A stretch of 64,000 bases of DNA, taken from positions 1 to 64,000 of IMG/VR virus record IMGVR_UViG_3300042731_006881. One strand, written 5' to 3'. Shown piece by piece: positions 1 through 8,836 of the stretch (positions are counted from its first letter, which is position 1; each line of letters opens with the position of its first letter). The notes beneath the pieces were generated by a model. That model had not been told where the DNA came from and made no database searches. It worked only from the letters and a program-made list of their open reading frames with translations. This DNA is from a virus. The translations under genes and the position numbers were made by a program.

Positions 1-23
1 CACGATTCCGTCAATCGTCGAGA

Positions 24-359
24 TCATTCTTCGTCGTCCTCCACCAGTAGGTCATATTCGTTGCCTGCAACGTCCAGCGATTCCTGTTCGCCTTCGACGT
101 CCAGCTCGGCCTCGCTGCCTTCGACCGAGGTTTCATGGTCACTTCCAGACACATTGAGGACGATGGGGAAACCGCTAACGCTCAGCGCCCAGTGCGCACC
201 AGCAAGCTCAAGTAGCCGGTACGTCCCGTCGACTTCGAGTCGATCGTGGACAACTGGTCTGGTCTGCTGATCGACTTCCACGACCAGGCCGGACGTGGCA
301 ATCGCGATGGGTCCGTACCCGTACCCATCTACAGCAATTGCTCTCGGAACAATTGCCAT
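24..359 (-). CDS. hypothetical protein with acidic C-terminus
   Basis: ORF coupled to neighbours (TAATG overlap at 359; a further gene starts at ~27 and runs off the window). Confidence 0.6.
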   Translation of the reverse strand: MAIVPRAIAVDGYGYGPIAIATSGLVVEVDQQTRPVVHDRLEVDGTYRLLELAGAHWALSVSGFPIVLNVSGSDHETSVEGSEAELDVEGEQESLDVAGNEYDLLVEDDEE

Positions 360-766
360 TATAGGTCAATCCCTAGAACATCCAGAGCTTCGTTCATCCT
401 GTCAATCCTGTTGTTATGGAAGACTCTCTCTGAATGCGCTATTTCTGCGCAATCGCCTGCTCCCATTCGTGCTGCTGCGAGAACAGTCTGACGTGTTACT
501 GTCTGTGGAACTTGTTCTATCGTATATGAGTCTCTTTGGTCCTCGCACTGCCCTTTGAGTCTAGACGCTTGGCGCATCCACGACATGTCGATTGCTCTAG
601 CAAGTTGAACTATCGCCTTCCTCTCCTCAAATGTCCTTCTCCTAACACCGATCGTCCTGCGCTCTATCATCGACAACGCTTCTGGAGCATGCTCGTTCAG
701 CAATGCTCTAGCCTCTCGATACACTCGCGTAAGGAAGATCCGCGCCTCCGATCTGGTCATGGCCAT
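359..766 (-). CDS. hypothetical protein
   Basis: 135-aa ORF abutting both neighbours in the minus-strand operon. Confidence 0.6.
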   Translation of the reverse strand: MAMTRSEARIFLTRVYREARALLNEHAPEALSMIERRTIGVRRRTFEERKAIVQLARAIDMSWMRQASRLKGQCEDQRDSYTIEQVPQTVTRQTVLAAARMGAGDCAEIAHSERVFHNNRIDRMNEALDVLGIDL

Positions 767-1447
767 CTACAGAGCCCTTTCCGCAGTAACCGTGCCATTG
801 TCCTCAGACAGGTTGATCGTGATGTCTCCAGCCGATCTCTCGGTCTGGCTGACATTGAGCGGCGCACCAGAATCAAGTCCGGTGATTCTATGCATCTCAG
901 ACACTAGAGTTTGAAGCTGCGTAATAATGTTTGACTGTTCGGTTGTCAGCCCTTGCCCGACAAGCGATGAGATAGCAGCGTCGATGTTCCCACCAGCAAA
1001 CGGTGTTGAATCCGACAGGATTGCGTTTCTTGACGCGGTTGCGATCGATGACACGTCCGACGGTGTTACGCCGCTGCCAACGGCAACGGTCTGGGTCAGA
1101 TTCGATCGGCTAAGCTGAACCTGAATGCTTCTTCCAGGTCTGCTGCCGAACATGTTGACGCCAGCAACTGATGGGTAGAGATTTCCTGCTACCTGCAAAA
1201 CGTGGTCGGCGTCCTGGGGGATGATCGTCCACCCTTCCTGGAGGAAATAGTAGTCTCCAGCCAGCAGGGATCCTCCGAGTTCGTTCCCACCGAAGGCCTC
1301 GAATGCGTTCGAGAACGAAGCATTCCCCTCTAACACCCAGTCCTTCCACCGCGAATAGAGGTCCTGGGAACCGAACGCCGTTGTTCCTGCTGTGAGCGTG
1401 ATCGTTTTTGCTAGTCCGTCGAAAACGTAGGCCATTCCGGCCTCCAA
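767..1447 (-). CDS. putative virion structural protein
   Basis: Beta-rich N-terminus with QDLYSRWKDW motif, resembling QCLYSFLKEEW in 1448..2788; operon-coupled. Confidence 0.6.
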   Translation of the reverse strand: MEAGMAYVFDGLAKTITLTAGTTAFGSQDLYSRWKDWVLEGNASFSNAFEAFGGNELGGSLLAGDYYFLQEGWTIIPQDADHVLQVAGNLYPSVAGVNMFGSRPGRSIQVQLSRSNLTQTVAVGSGVTPSDVSSIATASRNAILSDSTPFAGGNIDAAISSLVGQGLTTEQSNIITQLQTLVSEMHRITGLDSGAPLNVSQTERSAGDITINLSEDNGTVTAERAL

Positions 1448-2788
1448 TCACGGGTTCGCATAGACCAGATCCTCGGCGTTTGCCAAAGAAACCTTGTTCT
1501 CCGTGCTCTGCAGAATGCTTCCGGTGGTTCTGTAGTACTTTGCCGTCGTCCCGATTGCTACCACTGTGATTGCTGCGTCGCCGTTCGACGTCCAGTCGTA
1601 TGTGTGAGAAGCGCTTGCGGAGCCGCCAACGTCGTCATCCATCGGGTTCGAACTCGCGTCATCTAGGGGGCTCGCTGCCGTGCCGAACTCGCTCGTTAGG
1701 TATACCCAGTAGTGAGCGTTTGGGTCCGCCTGAAGAGCTGCAGAGAACTCTATCGTAAGCGACGCAGTGTATGGGAACGTTCGCTCTGCGCCGGTATCAT
1801 CTACGAACACAACGTCATTGATGTCCGAAGCTGCGAAGTTGGTGAGGGCAAATCCCTCTCCTGATGCGACTTGTGCCGTGTAGAGAGTGTCGCCGACGAA
1901 CGTGGCGAGCTGTGGAGCTGTCTTTCCGTTGAGCGTGCCTGCACCAGCATCAATGTCCGCGTCCTGGCGCATGAGCCATGCGAGGTACATGTACGCCTGC
2001 TCAATCGTTGCCCCGTTGCAGTCCAGCGTCCAACGGAAATTGTAGGAACCACCAGCCATGGCGATCGACTGAGTGCTGGCGTGTCGCTGGAACACCATTG
2101 ATGCATATGGCGCAACGTCAGCTGTCCCATCGCTGTTTGCATCGATTCCAGTGTCTGCAACGGTCGCCTTGACGTCCGCCGCGGTCGATAGCCCAACGCG
2201 ATAAACGCCTGTGGACAGCGAGCTGATACCGTAGTTGGTGAAAACAGACGCCTGGGAGTATGTGTACTGCTCTTCCCTCGCAAATACGTTGATGTCGGTG
2301 CTCCGACGGTCGAAGTCACCGTGCGTCGCGTCTCCGTAGATTTGCACGGCCTCATTGACGGCGCCATCGTGCGTGAAATCGGTAGGCGTTGAAGCGACAT
2401 GCTCGTAATACGGCTGGTCGCTGGAACCAACCCCACTCGGAGGAACTGAGATGATCCCGCAGTACTCGCGTTTTGTGGTACCACTGGCATCCTTCTCGGC
2501 CCATCCGCATGTTCTCAAAAGCTTCCGGACACTATCGCTGTCTGGCTCCCAGTCGTCCAGGAATACGAACTGCTCCGGTGTGATTGCGTCCATCGGGAAT
2601 GCATACGGGGGGAGCGTAGCGTCCCCAATCCATTCCTCCTTAAGAAACGAGTACAGGCATTGTCCAGTCACACCGTCAGCACTCAGGTTCCCTGCTATGT
2701 TCAGTGCGATTGTTGGCGGGCTTGACGTCTCGTCGATGGTTACCTCGGTGCCCTGGCTGATGCTGTCAGGATCAATCAATAGTGCCAC
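1448..2788 (-). CDS. putative virion structural protein
   Basis: 446 aa, acidic and T/S/A/G-rich; C-terminus ends DLVYANP like DYVYSNPA of 3246..4508. Confidence 0.65.
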   Translation of the reverse strand: MALLIDPDSISQGTEVTIDETSSPPTIALNIAGNLSADGVTGQCLYSFLKEEWIGDATLPPYAFPMDAITPEQFVFLDDWEPDSDSVRKLLRTCGWAEKDASGTTKREYCGIISVPPSGVGSSDQPYYEHVASTPTDFTHDGAVNEAVQIYGDATHGDFDRRSTDINVFAREEQYTYSQASVFTNYGISSLSTGVYRVGLSTAADVKATVADTGIDANSDGTADVAPYASMVFQRHASTQSIAMAGGSYNFRWTLDCNGATIEQAYMYLAWLMRQDADIDAGAGTLNGKTAPQLATFVGDTLYTAQVASGEGFALTNFAASDINDVVFVDDTGAERTFPYTASLTIEFSAALQADPNAHYWVYLTSEFGTAASPLDDASSNPMDDDVGGSASASHTYDWTSNGDAAITVVAIGTTAKYYRTTGSILQSTENKVSLANAEDLVYANP

Positions 2789-2791
2789 TTG

Positions 2792-3277
2792 CTACCAGCC
2801 CTTCCTCGACTGAACTCCGTTCAGAATTCGCTTGTAGTCGTCTGCTGTGAACACGACGCCGGCTTCAGCAAGCAGCCTCATTGTCGGATGCGTCTCATGC
2901 GACTTGCCACTCCACTGGCGCCTGGTGCCAAATCCAGCGTCAACGATTCGCTTCAGCCCGTCGCGTGGGTTATCTCGGTTCACTCGGACAACGCGGTCTC
3001 TTCTGACGCCCCAAAGAAACCACTTTTCTGGCCTTGTTGCCATTGTTTTAGCGTCGTCGATTCCAAGGTCCCACTCGACAGTGAACCCATCCCACGAGGT
3101 AAACATTGGCGACGATTCACAATGCGCACGGATCTCATTGACAAGAGAAGGCGTTGCCCATTTTGGCATTTCTTTTCCTAGTGTCCCCGACTGTATTCTG
3201 AAGCAAATGTATCTGATTTGTCTTCTCGGAATCATCTCTATGCTACTATGCAGGGTTTGAGTAGACATAATCCTCAC
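2792..3277 (-). CDS. hypothetical protein (basic)
   Basis: ORF filling the gap between two structural-like genes; start uncertain. Confidence 0.5.
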   Translation of the reverse strand: MRIMSTQTLHSSIEMIPRRQIRYICFRIQSGTLGKEMPKWATPSLVNEIRAHCESSPMFTSWDGFTVEWDLGIDDAKTMATRPEKWFLWGVRRDRVVRVNRDNPRDGLKRIVDAGFGTRRQWSGKSHETHPTMRLLAEAGVVFTADDYKRILNGVQSRKGW

Positions 3278-4508
3278 TTAGTATGGCTCCAGCAGGAACT
3301 GTTAGCCCTGCAGTTGGTAGAACTTGCTGATAACGCAGGAACTTGTATTCTAGGTTCATCATTGTGATGATCGCGCGTCTTGGGTGTTCTACAAGGTAGA
3401 GGCCGGTCCATGAGTCTCCTGTTGTAGACTCAATTCCGGTGATCTCTGCAGTGCTAGTCCCGCCAATCTGGATGATTGTGAACAGCGCCCCAGTTCCAAC
3501 AAGCTCGTCGTCCGCAGGAGCAACAACGGTTCCGTTGTAGTCCCCGGTTATTGTGACCTCGGTTCCGCTCACCGTGGCAGAGATGTTCGAGATCGCATCC
3601 AGAACCGTTTGTGCTGCTGATGCGATGTCAGAATCATCGTATCCTGTGCTCACATCAACCTCGTGAGCTGTCCCGTCTAGCGAAGGGTTCGCAGACCCGT
3701 CATCAAGGTCGAACCACAGGTTGTGGTCCGAGACGCTCCCATCGTCCTGTACCTGGAATGTAAATCCTACTCCATCCATATCAGCTGGAGTAAGGTCTGC
3801 AAAGTCTACGATCCACCTAGCAGCGTGCGGTACTTCATATACTCGTATCTCACTCCCAGCAGGGATACCGTCGAAGAAGATGTCTCTCTCAACCGCTGCT
3901 GCTCCTGGAGGGAACGCAAACATCACAGTTCTGTTCCACGTTGTGCCTGCGTATTCCCAACCAACAGTTAGCGTCTGTGCTGAGTCGCTTTCTATATAGC
4001 TGACCAGCACGTCTCCTCTCCCCGCTGTTGACCCGAGCGGATCGAGATCTATTTGGTCTCCGTATGAAGTTGCTGCAACGTTGGTCCAGCAAAGCGTCAT
4101 CGCAATCGAGTTCTCGTTAACTACCAGGTCTTGTGTCCACGGTGCTGCCAGATACCCGAACACCGTGGCGAAGGCGTCATGGGGCAGCACGTAGCCCTGT
4201 AGTTCGTAGACAGCGAGGCGATATGTGGACGGGGTAGCGTCAAAGGAACCTGTTAGCTCATAGGTTCCTGCAGCAAGCGGAAGATCGTCGATAACCCAGA
4301 CGTCGATCGACTCCGAGTCGGAGTTGAGCTCTCCAACGTGAGAAAATGTTTTTCCGTTGTATGTCAGACCAGCAAGCGGTCGCGTCGTACCAAACCCGCC
4401 GTCGGCAACCAAAATCGCCACGAACAATCGGTTCGTAGCGTCGCTTGTTGGAACGTTGTGGGTCAGCCCGTTGTTGAGCTGGTTCAGTCGTTCAATGGGT
4501 GCCGTCAT
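3246..4508 (-). CDS. putative virion structural / fibre-like protein
   Basis: 420 aa, acidic, beta-rich segments (e.g. ISATVSGTEVTITG). Confidence 0.6.
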   Translation of the reverse strand: MTAPIERLNQLNNGLTHNVPTSDATNRLFVAILVADGGFGTTRPLAGLTYNGKTFSHVGELNSDSESIDVWVIDDLPLAAGTYELTGSFDATPSTYRLAVYELQGYVLPHDAFATVFGYLAAPWTQDLVVNENSIAMTLCWTNVAATSYGDQIDLDPLGSTAGRGDVLVSYIESDSAQTLTVGWEYAGTTWNRTVMFAFPPGAAAVERDIFFDGIPAGSEIRVYEVPHAARWIVDFADLTPADMDGVGFTFQVQDDGSVSDHNLWFDLDDGSANPSLDGTAHEVDVSTGYDDSDIASAAQTVLDAISNISATVSGTEVTITGDYNGTVVAPADDELVGTGALFTIIQIGGTSTAEITGIESTTGDSWTGLYLVEHPRRAIITMMNLEYKFLRYQQVLPTAGLTVPAGAILSEDYVYSNPA

Positions 4509-4920
4509 GTCGTCGTAACGCCAGCGCGTCTAGCTGCTGTTGTTGGCGATCTAAGCGATGGTCTACTTCGCGACGCCGATCCTCGCATCGCTTATCGTCG
4601 AAAACGTGACTCTGCTCGTGCCGCTCGAGACGCCGCTCGAGGGACTGTAGAGCCTGTGTCTGCTCACGCAGAGCAGTGTTGGTCTCGCTCATGTCCGGCT
4701 GAAAGAATCCGGTGAATGCGGCAACAACGGTCCCAAACGCTGTCCCAAGCGCGGTGATGACAGCAGCAACACCTGCTAGAGGGTAGAGCGACTTGGCTCG
4801 GTCCACAGCGAGAGTCGGACGCTGCGACGGTGGGATTACCTCCATCCCATGGCTCGAATCTTCGATCCTCCCAATCTCGACGAACGAGTACCGTCCAGAA
4901 GATGCAGGGGAGTCGTCCAT
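4492..4920 (-). CDS. single-pass membrane protein with C-terminal coiled coil (possible lysis accessory)
   Basis: Start re-called at MDDSP (TAATG overlap with upstream stop); hydrophobic LAGVAAVITALGTAFGTVVAAF then Q/E/R-rich heptads. Confidence 0.55.
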   Translation of the reverse strand: MDDSPASSGRYSFVEIGRIEDSSHGMEVIPPSQRPTLAVDRAKSLYPLAGVAAVITALGTAFGTVVAAFTGFFQPDMSETNTALREQTQALQSLERRLERHEQSHVFDDKRCEDRRREVDHRLDRQQQQLDALALRRHDGTH

Positions 4921-5216
4921 TACCGCTCCACCGGGCAGGCTGAACTCACCACCCCGTTGGCGTTGCACGCGGGGTGCATACACGGAATCCTATCTACGCG
5001 AATCTCGATCTCGCTGACGCGCCCCTCGACGGTGGAGATTCGCTGCAGTTCGACGCGGCCTCCACTCACCAGCTGGGATACATCTGCAGCCAGTAGCCTG
5101 AGCAGCTCCCCATGGTCGCGTTGCGTTCGTTCGATGGCGTCGAGCCTGGCGTCGAGCCTCTCTACTGCCTGCATGACCGGGTCTGGTGGAGGTGCTGGGA
5201 TGGTGTTTTCAGCCAT
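4920..5216 (-). CDS. coiled-coil hypothetical protein
   Basis: Heptad pattern VERLDARLDAIE; coupled to 4492..4920. Confidence 0.55.
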   Translation of the reverse strand: MAENTIPAPPPDPVMQAVERLDARLDAIERTQRDHGELLRLLAADVSQLVSGGRVELQRISTVEGRVSEIEIRVDRIPCMHPACNANGVVSSACPVER

Positions 5217-5264
5217 GTGTGTACCTGTGCGCTAAAAAAAGAATCGACCGACTGCATTTTTAGG

Positions 5265-5295
5265 TTGCGTTACTACGCAACCTGTCGCATAGTAA
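5265..5295 (+). promoter_or_regulatory. sigma70-like promoter with overlapping palindromic operator (copy 1)
   Basis: TTGCGT-N17-CATAGT, upstream A-tract; imperfect inverted repeat TTACTACGCAAC-CT-GTCGCATAGTAA; near-identical copy at 6696. Confidence 0.7.
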
Positions 5296-5332
5296 CTGGT
5301 GTGAGGGCGACGGGAGCCCTCGGGAGGAAGAC

Positions 5333-5506
5333 ATGGACCAATTCGACCGCGACTCCGTTTCCAATGAGGACATCCGACAACTTCAGGCCGAGGCCGAGCG
5401 ACATGGCGACACTGAGCAGGCAGAGCTCTGTTCAGCAGCACTAGACGGCGACTCCGATGCCGCAGAGCGCTGCATTGACGCCATCGAGGCAGCGGCAGTC
5501 GAATAG
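5333..5506 (+). CDS. small very acidic protein (57 aa, not in ORF track)
   Basis: GGGAGG RBS, then MDQFDRDSVSNEDIRQLQAEAERHGDTEQAELCSAALDGDSDAAERCIDAIEAAAVE*; 17 D/E vs 4 R by my count. Confidence 0.75.
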   Translation: MDQFDRDSVSNEDIRQLQAEAERHGDTEQAELCSAALDGDSDAAERCIDAIEAAAVE

Positions 5507-5524
5507 CCGCTTCAAACCCCATCC

Positions 5525-5557
5525 AGCCGGCACCCATTCAGTTGGGGCCGGCTTTTC
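5525..5557 (+). terminator. intrinsic terminator/attenuator-like hairpin
   Basis: AGCCGGC-A-CCCA-TTCAGT-TGGG-GCCGGCT followed by TTTC. Confidence 0.6.
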
Positions 5558-5597
5558 GGGTAGCACTACCCAACCCACCCACCGGGGCGAAGTGACA

Positions 5598-5855
5598 ATG
5601 ACTGAAATGAACCTGAACCAGAAAAGAGTAGTCCGTGACCTCGCTGCACACGGCCTCTACGAAGAAGCGCGCATACATGCGCGCGGGGAGACCGTTTTTG
5701 ACTCAGCTTTCGAGCTGCTCGCAGCCCTCAAATACACGCGATGGGGCGGCCCAGCGCATCAGGTTGCGGTGAGAGAGGCGCACTCCCATCTTCGCCTTAT
5801 GGGCGCAGTCCACCCCAACACCCTGATCCGGATCCTGGAAGGAAAACTGTCATGA
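5598..5855 (+). CDS. hypothetical protein
   Basis: Start re-called at MTEMN; ATGA overlap with next gene. Confidence 0.6.
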   Translation: MTEMNLNQKRVVRDLAAHGLYEEARIHARGETVFDSAFELLAALKYTRWGGPAHQVAVREAHSHLRLMGAVHPNTLIRILEGKLS

Positions 5856-6418
5856 TTGATTCCACTATACCCGTGACTCCAGCCATTCTCCAGACGCTCG
5901 CCATCGCCGCGTATGACGGCGATGAGGCTGCGCTCGACGCACTCCGATACATTGCTGTGTCAGGTGCCCCTGAAGGATGGCTGGTGAGCAGCCACATGAT
6001 CGTAGCGCGGGATGAGTTCGGGCGGATCTGGCTTCCGACTCGAGACGGAGCGGTGGCCGTTCCGATACCGGCCTCAAGGCTCTCGAGCATGAGCCTGGAC
6101 GGGCTATCGGCTCTAGAAGCCGAGATTGCCGGCGAGCGCGCTCGTCGGGCTGGCACCGGAATAGAAATCCGGAACGGTCGCGACGGCGACGTCGCGGATG
6201 CACCTGACGGCGGGGCTGTCCTGCGTGTCAGGTGGGCTGTCGAAGAGCAGTCCACTGATACCTGGTATCCGTCTTCCGAGGCCGCCGAGGCGGCGCTCAT
6301 CGCGCTCGCCCGTGCTCACGGCCGCGTGCCGTCGCGAAACAGCGATGGACGATTTGCCGTAGACCTGACGTGCAATGGATGTTGCACGTCCAATGCCTGG
6401 GTGGAGTACTGGTCGTGA
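5852..6418 (+). CDS. hypothetical protein
   Basis: Start re-called at MIDST (GGAAGGA upstream, ATGA overlap). Confidence 0.65.
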   Translation: MIDSTIPVTPAILQTLAIAAYDGDEAALDALRYIAVSGAPEGWLVSSHMIVARDEFGRIWLPTRDGAVAVPIPASRLSSMSLDGLSALEAEIAGERARRAGTGIEIRNGRDGDVADAPDGGAVLRVRWAVEEQSTDTWYPSSEAAEAALIALARAHGRVPSRNSDGRFAVDLTCNGCCTSNAWVEYWS

Positions 6419-6660
6419 AGCCACACAGAATTGCCCGTGCATGCATCGTTGCATGGGCAAGACACGACTACGCTCTGTTCCTGGGAATCTTTCCCAGGCT
6501 CATCGATGCCCTTGGTCCGTCGGACACAGCGCGGCTCTTGGCGAGAGAAGAGCCGCACAAAAGACCTGTAATGACGCTCCAGTCGCGCATGCGCGGGCGT
6601 GGCCCGCGAATGGCGATCCGGAATCTGTTGATCCCGGTCCGGCAGTTGCCGCTGCCGTGA
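6415..6660 (+). CDS. hypothetical protein (basic)
   Basis: GGAG RBS, GTGA overlap with previous stop. Confidence 0.5.
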   Translation: MKPHRIARACIVAWARHDYALFLGIFPRLIDALGPSDTARLLAREEPHKRPVMTLQSRMRGRGPRMAIRNLLIPVRQLPLP

Positions 6661-6695
6661 CCAGAAAAAAAACACATGGTGATGACGATTCTCCC

Positions 6696-6725
6696 TTGCG
6701 CAACTACGCAACCTGTTGCATAGTT
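6696..6725 (+). promoter_or_regulatory. sigma70-like promoter with overlapping palindromic operator (copy 2)
   Basis: TTGCGC-N17-CATAGT, upstream A-tract; inverted repeat AACTACGCAAC-CT-GTTGCATAGTT. Confidence 0.7.
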
Positions 6726-6748
6726 ATCTCATCAGCGAGGGAGACACC

Positions 6749-6919
6749 ATGACCATGACACTCACCAACAGCCACAACGACGTAACCATCAGCGCCTGTT
6801 TCTTCGACGAAGACCACACTCGCGTTGAGGACTCAGAGGGACACATCCTCGTGATCACGAACTCCGAGTGGAAGCTTCGACTCGGCTTCCTCCTCGAGAT
6901 TGGGTGGACGGAGGCCTGA
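6749..6919 (+). CDS. small protein (56 aa), paralog of 14646..14816
   Basis: GAGGGAG RBS; shares I-x-A..DE..R..S-x-GH..W..R..L..G..W with 14646..14816. Confidence 0.75.
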   Translation: MTMTLTNSHNDVTISACFFDEDHTRVEDSEGHILVITNSEWKLRLGFLLEIGWTEA

Positions 6920-6938
6920 GGGCCTCTCCTCACCTTCC

Positions 6939-6973
6939 AGCCCGCACCCAGGTAACGCTGGGGCGGGCTTTTC
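6939..6973 (+). terminator. intrinsic terminator/attenuator-like hairpin
   Basis: AGCCCGC-A-CCCAG-GTAACG-CTGGG-GCGGGCT-TTTC; same design as 5525..5557. Confidence 0.6.
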
Positions 6974-6987
6974 TGGTGGGAGGACAA

Positions 6988-7182
6988 ATGACAATCTGCT
7001 CTCAAAATTCAGCTACGGTTCGCTCTCCAGCATCTTCTGCTCAGCCTGAGCCTGCCTCATCAGGTCTTGTTGACTACTCAGACCGCGCGGAAGTTGAGTT
7101 TGGTCTACGCCTCACTCGGGCAACAGACCGAGCAGCTCTGGCTCTGCTCATGATTCAGGCTGGGTTCACATGTCCAGCCTGA
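6988..7182 (+). CDS. hypothetical protein
   Basis: GGGAGG RBS before ATG at 6988. Confidence 0.45.
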   Translation: MTICSQNSATVRSPASSAQPEPASSGLVDYSDRAEVEFGLRLTRATDRAALALLMIQAGFTCPA

Positions 7183-7430
7183 AGAAAGCTCAGAACCCGG
7201 CGAACTCGTCGTGGACCTGTTCATTGGATCTGGCAGGTGGCGCTGGTGAGTCAATTGAGAAAAAGCTCAGCAAGCTTGCTGAGGTAATATCAAAGCATCG
7301 CCCGTCTTCAAGACAGGTCCGAGATGCATGCCGAGATATCGCACGCCAGTTTGGCGTGCGTGAGAAGGACGTTCGCGCGTTGTTTGACGCTGCGGTTTTC
7401 TTGCATCGTCATCGTCCCAATTCTAGATAA
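7170..7430 (+). CDS. putative helix-turn-helix DNA-binding protein
   Basis: VRDACRDIARQFGVREKDVRALF is HTH-like; last gene of the + strand cassette. Confidence 0.5.
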   Translation: MSSLKKAQNPANSSWTCSLDLAGGAGESIEKKLSKLAEVISKHRPSSRQVRDACRDIARQFGVREKDVRALFDAAVFLHRHRPNSR

Positions 7431-7432
7431 GG

Positions 7433-8836
7433 TCAATCGAAGCTTCCATCCTCGGTTTTCTGCCTGATCACCTGGTCGCGATACGCCCAGTGTTCGGCAG
7501 GGTCGAAACGAAGTTGTGTCACCTCAATCTCGGCAGGGTCGATTCGCGTCGGCTCTGGGCACTCGGAACCAATGAGAGGCAGCGGAGACCGAGCTATGCT
7601 CTGATCGACTGGTGCGCTGTAGACTCCAGGAATTGGGGCCACAGTGTGTTGGTGGATCGCCCACTGCATGCCCCCAGCTGTGCGTGGAGAGCCTGCAGGA
7701 ACCCCGTAGTGGGCAGCTGCGAGCGGGTAACGACGAATCCAGTCTGGTTTTCCGAGGAGCGCATAGTCCGACTCGTTGAGGTAGACGATGCAGCCACCGA
7801 AATGCTCGGAGATGAGCCCAGCCAGCTCCTCGGAGTACGCACTCCACGACGGCTCAGCCTGGCGGTACTGACCCGATGCACCGCGCCAGCTCTCGATATC
7901 TAGCCACGGGATTAGGTCTCCATGGTGACCGTAGTCAGCTGCGTCTGCAGCTCCGAGCATGGCCTCGAGTTGCTCCCGTGGCGTTCTCCACGGGATGAAG
8001 AAGTGGTAGCCTCCTGGCACCATCCCAGCGCGTCGTGCGTTACGAATGTGCTCAGCCCCTCTCGAGTCAATGTCCCGCCCGTCGCTGAGCTTCGCGACGA
8101 GCCACCGGTACCCAGCGGAATAGGCTGCAGCGTAGTCGAGTCGGGATGGGCTTTGGAGGTCCGAGACATCAATGCCAGGGATCCATGAGGCGTCTGCGGC
8201 GACTTCTCCGCCCCCCACAATCTCGTACCTCGCCAGCCACGAATCGAGGCTCATCGCCTCCTGGAGCGTCCCCTGTGCACGCTGCCAGGCCAGCTCGGAC
8301 TCGAGAGGCAGCCACGAATCGATTGGCCTGTCCCCCGCCCACAACTTGTTCCCTCGGACGCTCAGCTTTCGCTTGACTACCCGGCATGCGATGTCTGACG
8401 GCTTCTGACCTCGCAGCGGATGCTGGCCGTAGTCAGCGGTGACGAGCACGTTGGAGCATTGCTCAATCACGACACACGTGTGAGTTCGCTTCGGGTTTCC
8501 GACGTCGAGGATGATGGTGTCGCCAGTCTCCAGACGCGAGATCGCACGGGGCGCGACGGCGACGGGGTGCCCCATCGCCGTCCCAACGCGGCCCGTCTCG
8601 CAGAGCCATGCCATCGTGCGTGTTCCGTATTGGTGGCTACCAGACTCGCGTCGGTTGACGCGATTGCGACACCCAGCCAGGAAACGAATCGTGTGGGGTA
8701 GGTCCGCACAAGAGCTATAGCCGTCTGCTAGCCTACATTCGGTGATGGCGCGGACGATTGGATCGTCGATGCGGCGACCCTGGGTCCCGCCGACGAGGTG
8801 GCGGGCAGCTGCGCCCAGCGTTTCTCTGATGGTCAT
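7433..8836 (-). CDS. endolysin: N-terminal Cys/His (CHAP/NlpC-like) region plus GH25 muramidase
   Basis: GH25 motifs GIDVS, GGYHFF, WLDIE, IHQHT; N-terminal SSCADL..THTCVV; start re-called at MTIRE. Confidence 0.8.
   Translation of the reverse strand: MTIRETLGAAARHLVGGTQGRRIDDPIVRAITECRLADGYSSCADLPHTIRFLAGCRNRVNRRESGSHQYGTRTMAWLCETGRVGTAMGHPVAVAPRAISRLETGDTIILDVGNPKRTHTCVVIEQCSNVLVTADYGQHPLRGQKPSDIACRVVKRKLSVRGNKLWAGDRPIDSWLPLESELAWQRAQGTLQEAMSLDSWLARYEIVGGGEVAADASWIPGIDVSDLQSPSRLDYAAAYSAGYRWLVAKLSDGRDIDSRGAEHIRNARRAGMVPGGYHFFIPWRTPREQLEAMLGAADAADYGHHGDLIPWLDIESWRGASGQYRQAEPSWSAYSEELAGLISEHFGGCIVYLNESDYALLGKPDWIRRYPLAAAHYGVPAGSPRTAGGMQWAIHQHTVAPIPGVYSAPVDQSIARSPLPLIGSECPEPTRIDPAEIEVTQLRFDPAEHWAYRDQVIRQKTEDGSFD

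Noticed and set aside
1642-1660. GGGTTCGAAC T-loop-like string
   Set aside because: Lies inside a minus-strand CDS and the flanks do not form a 5-bp stem.
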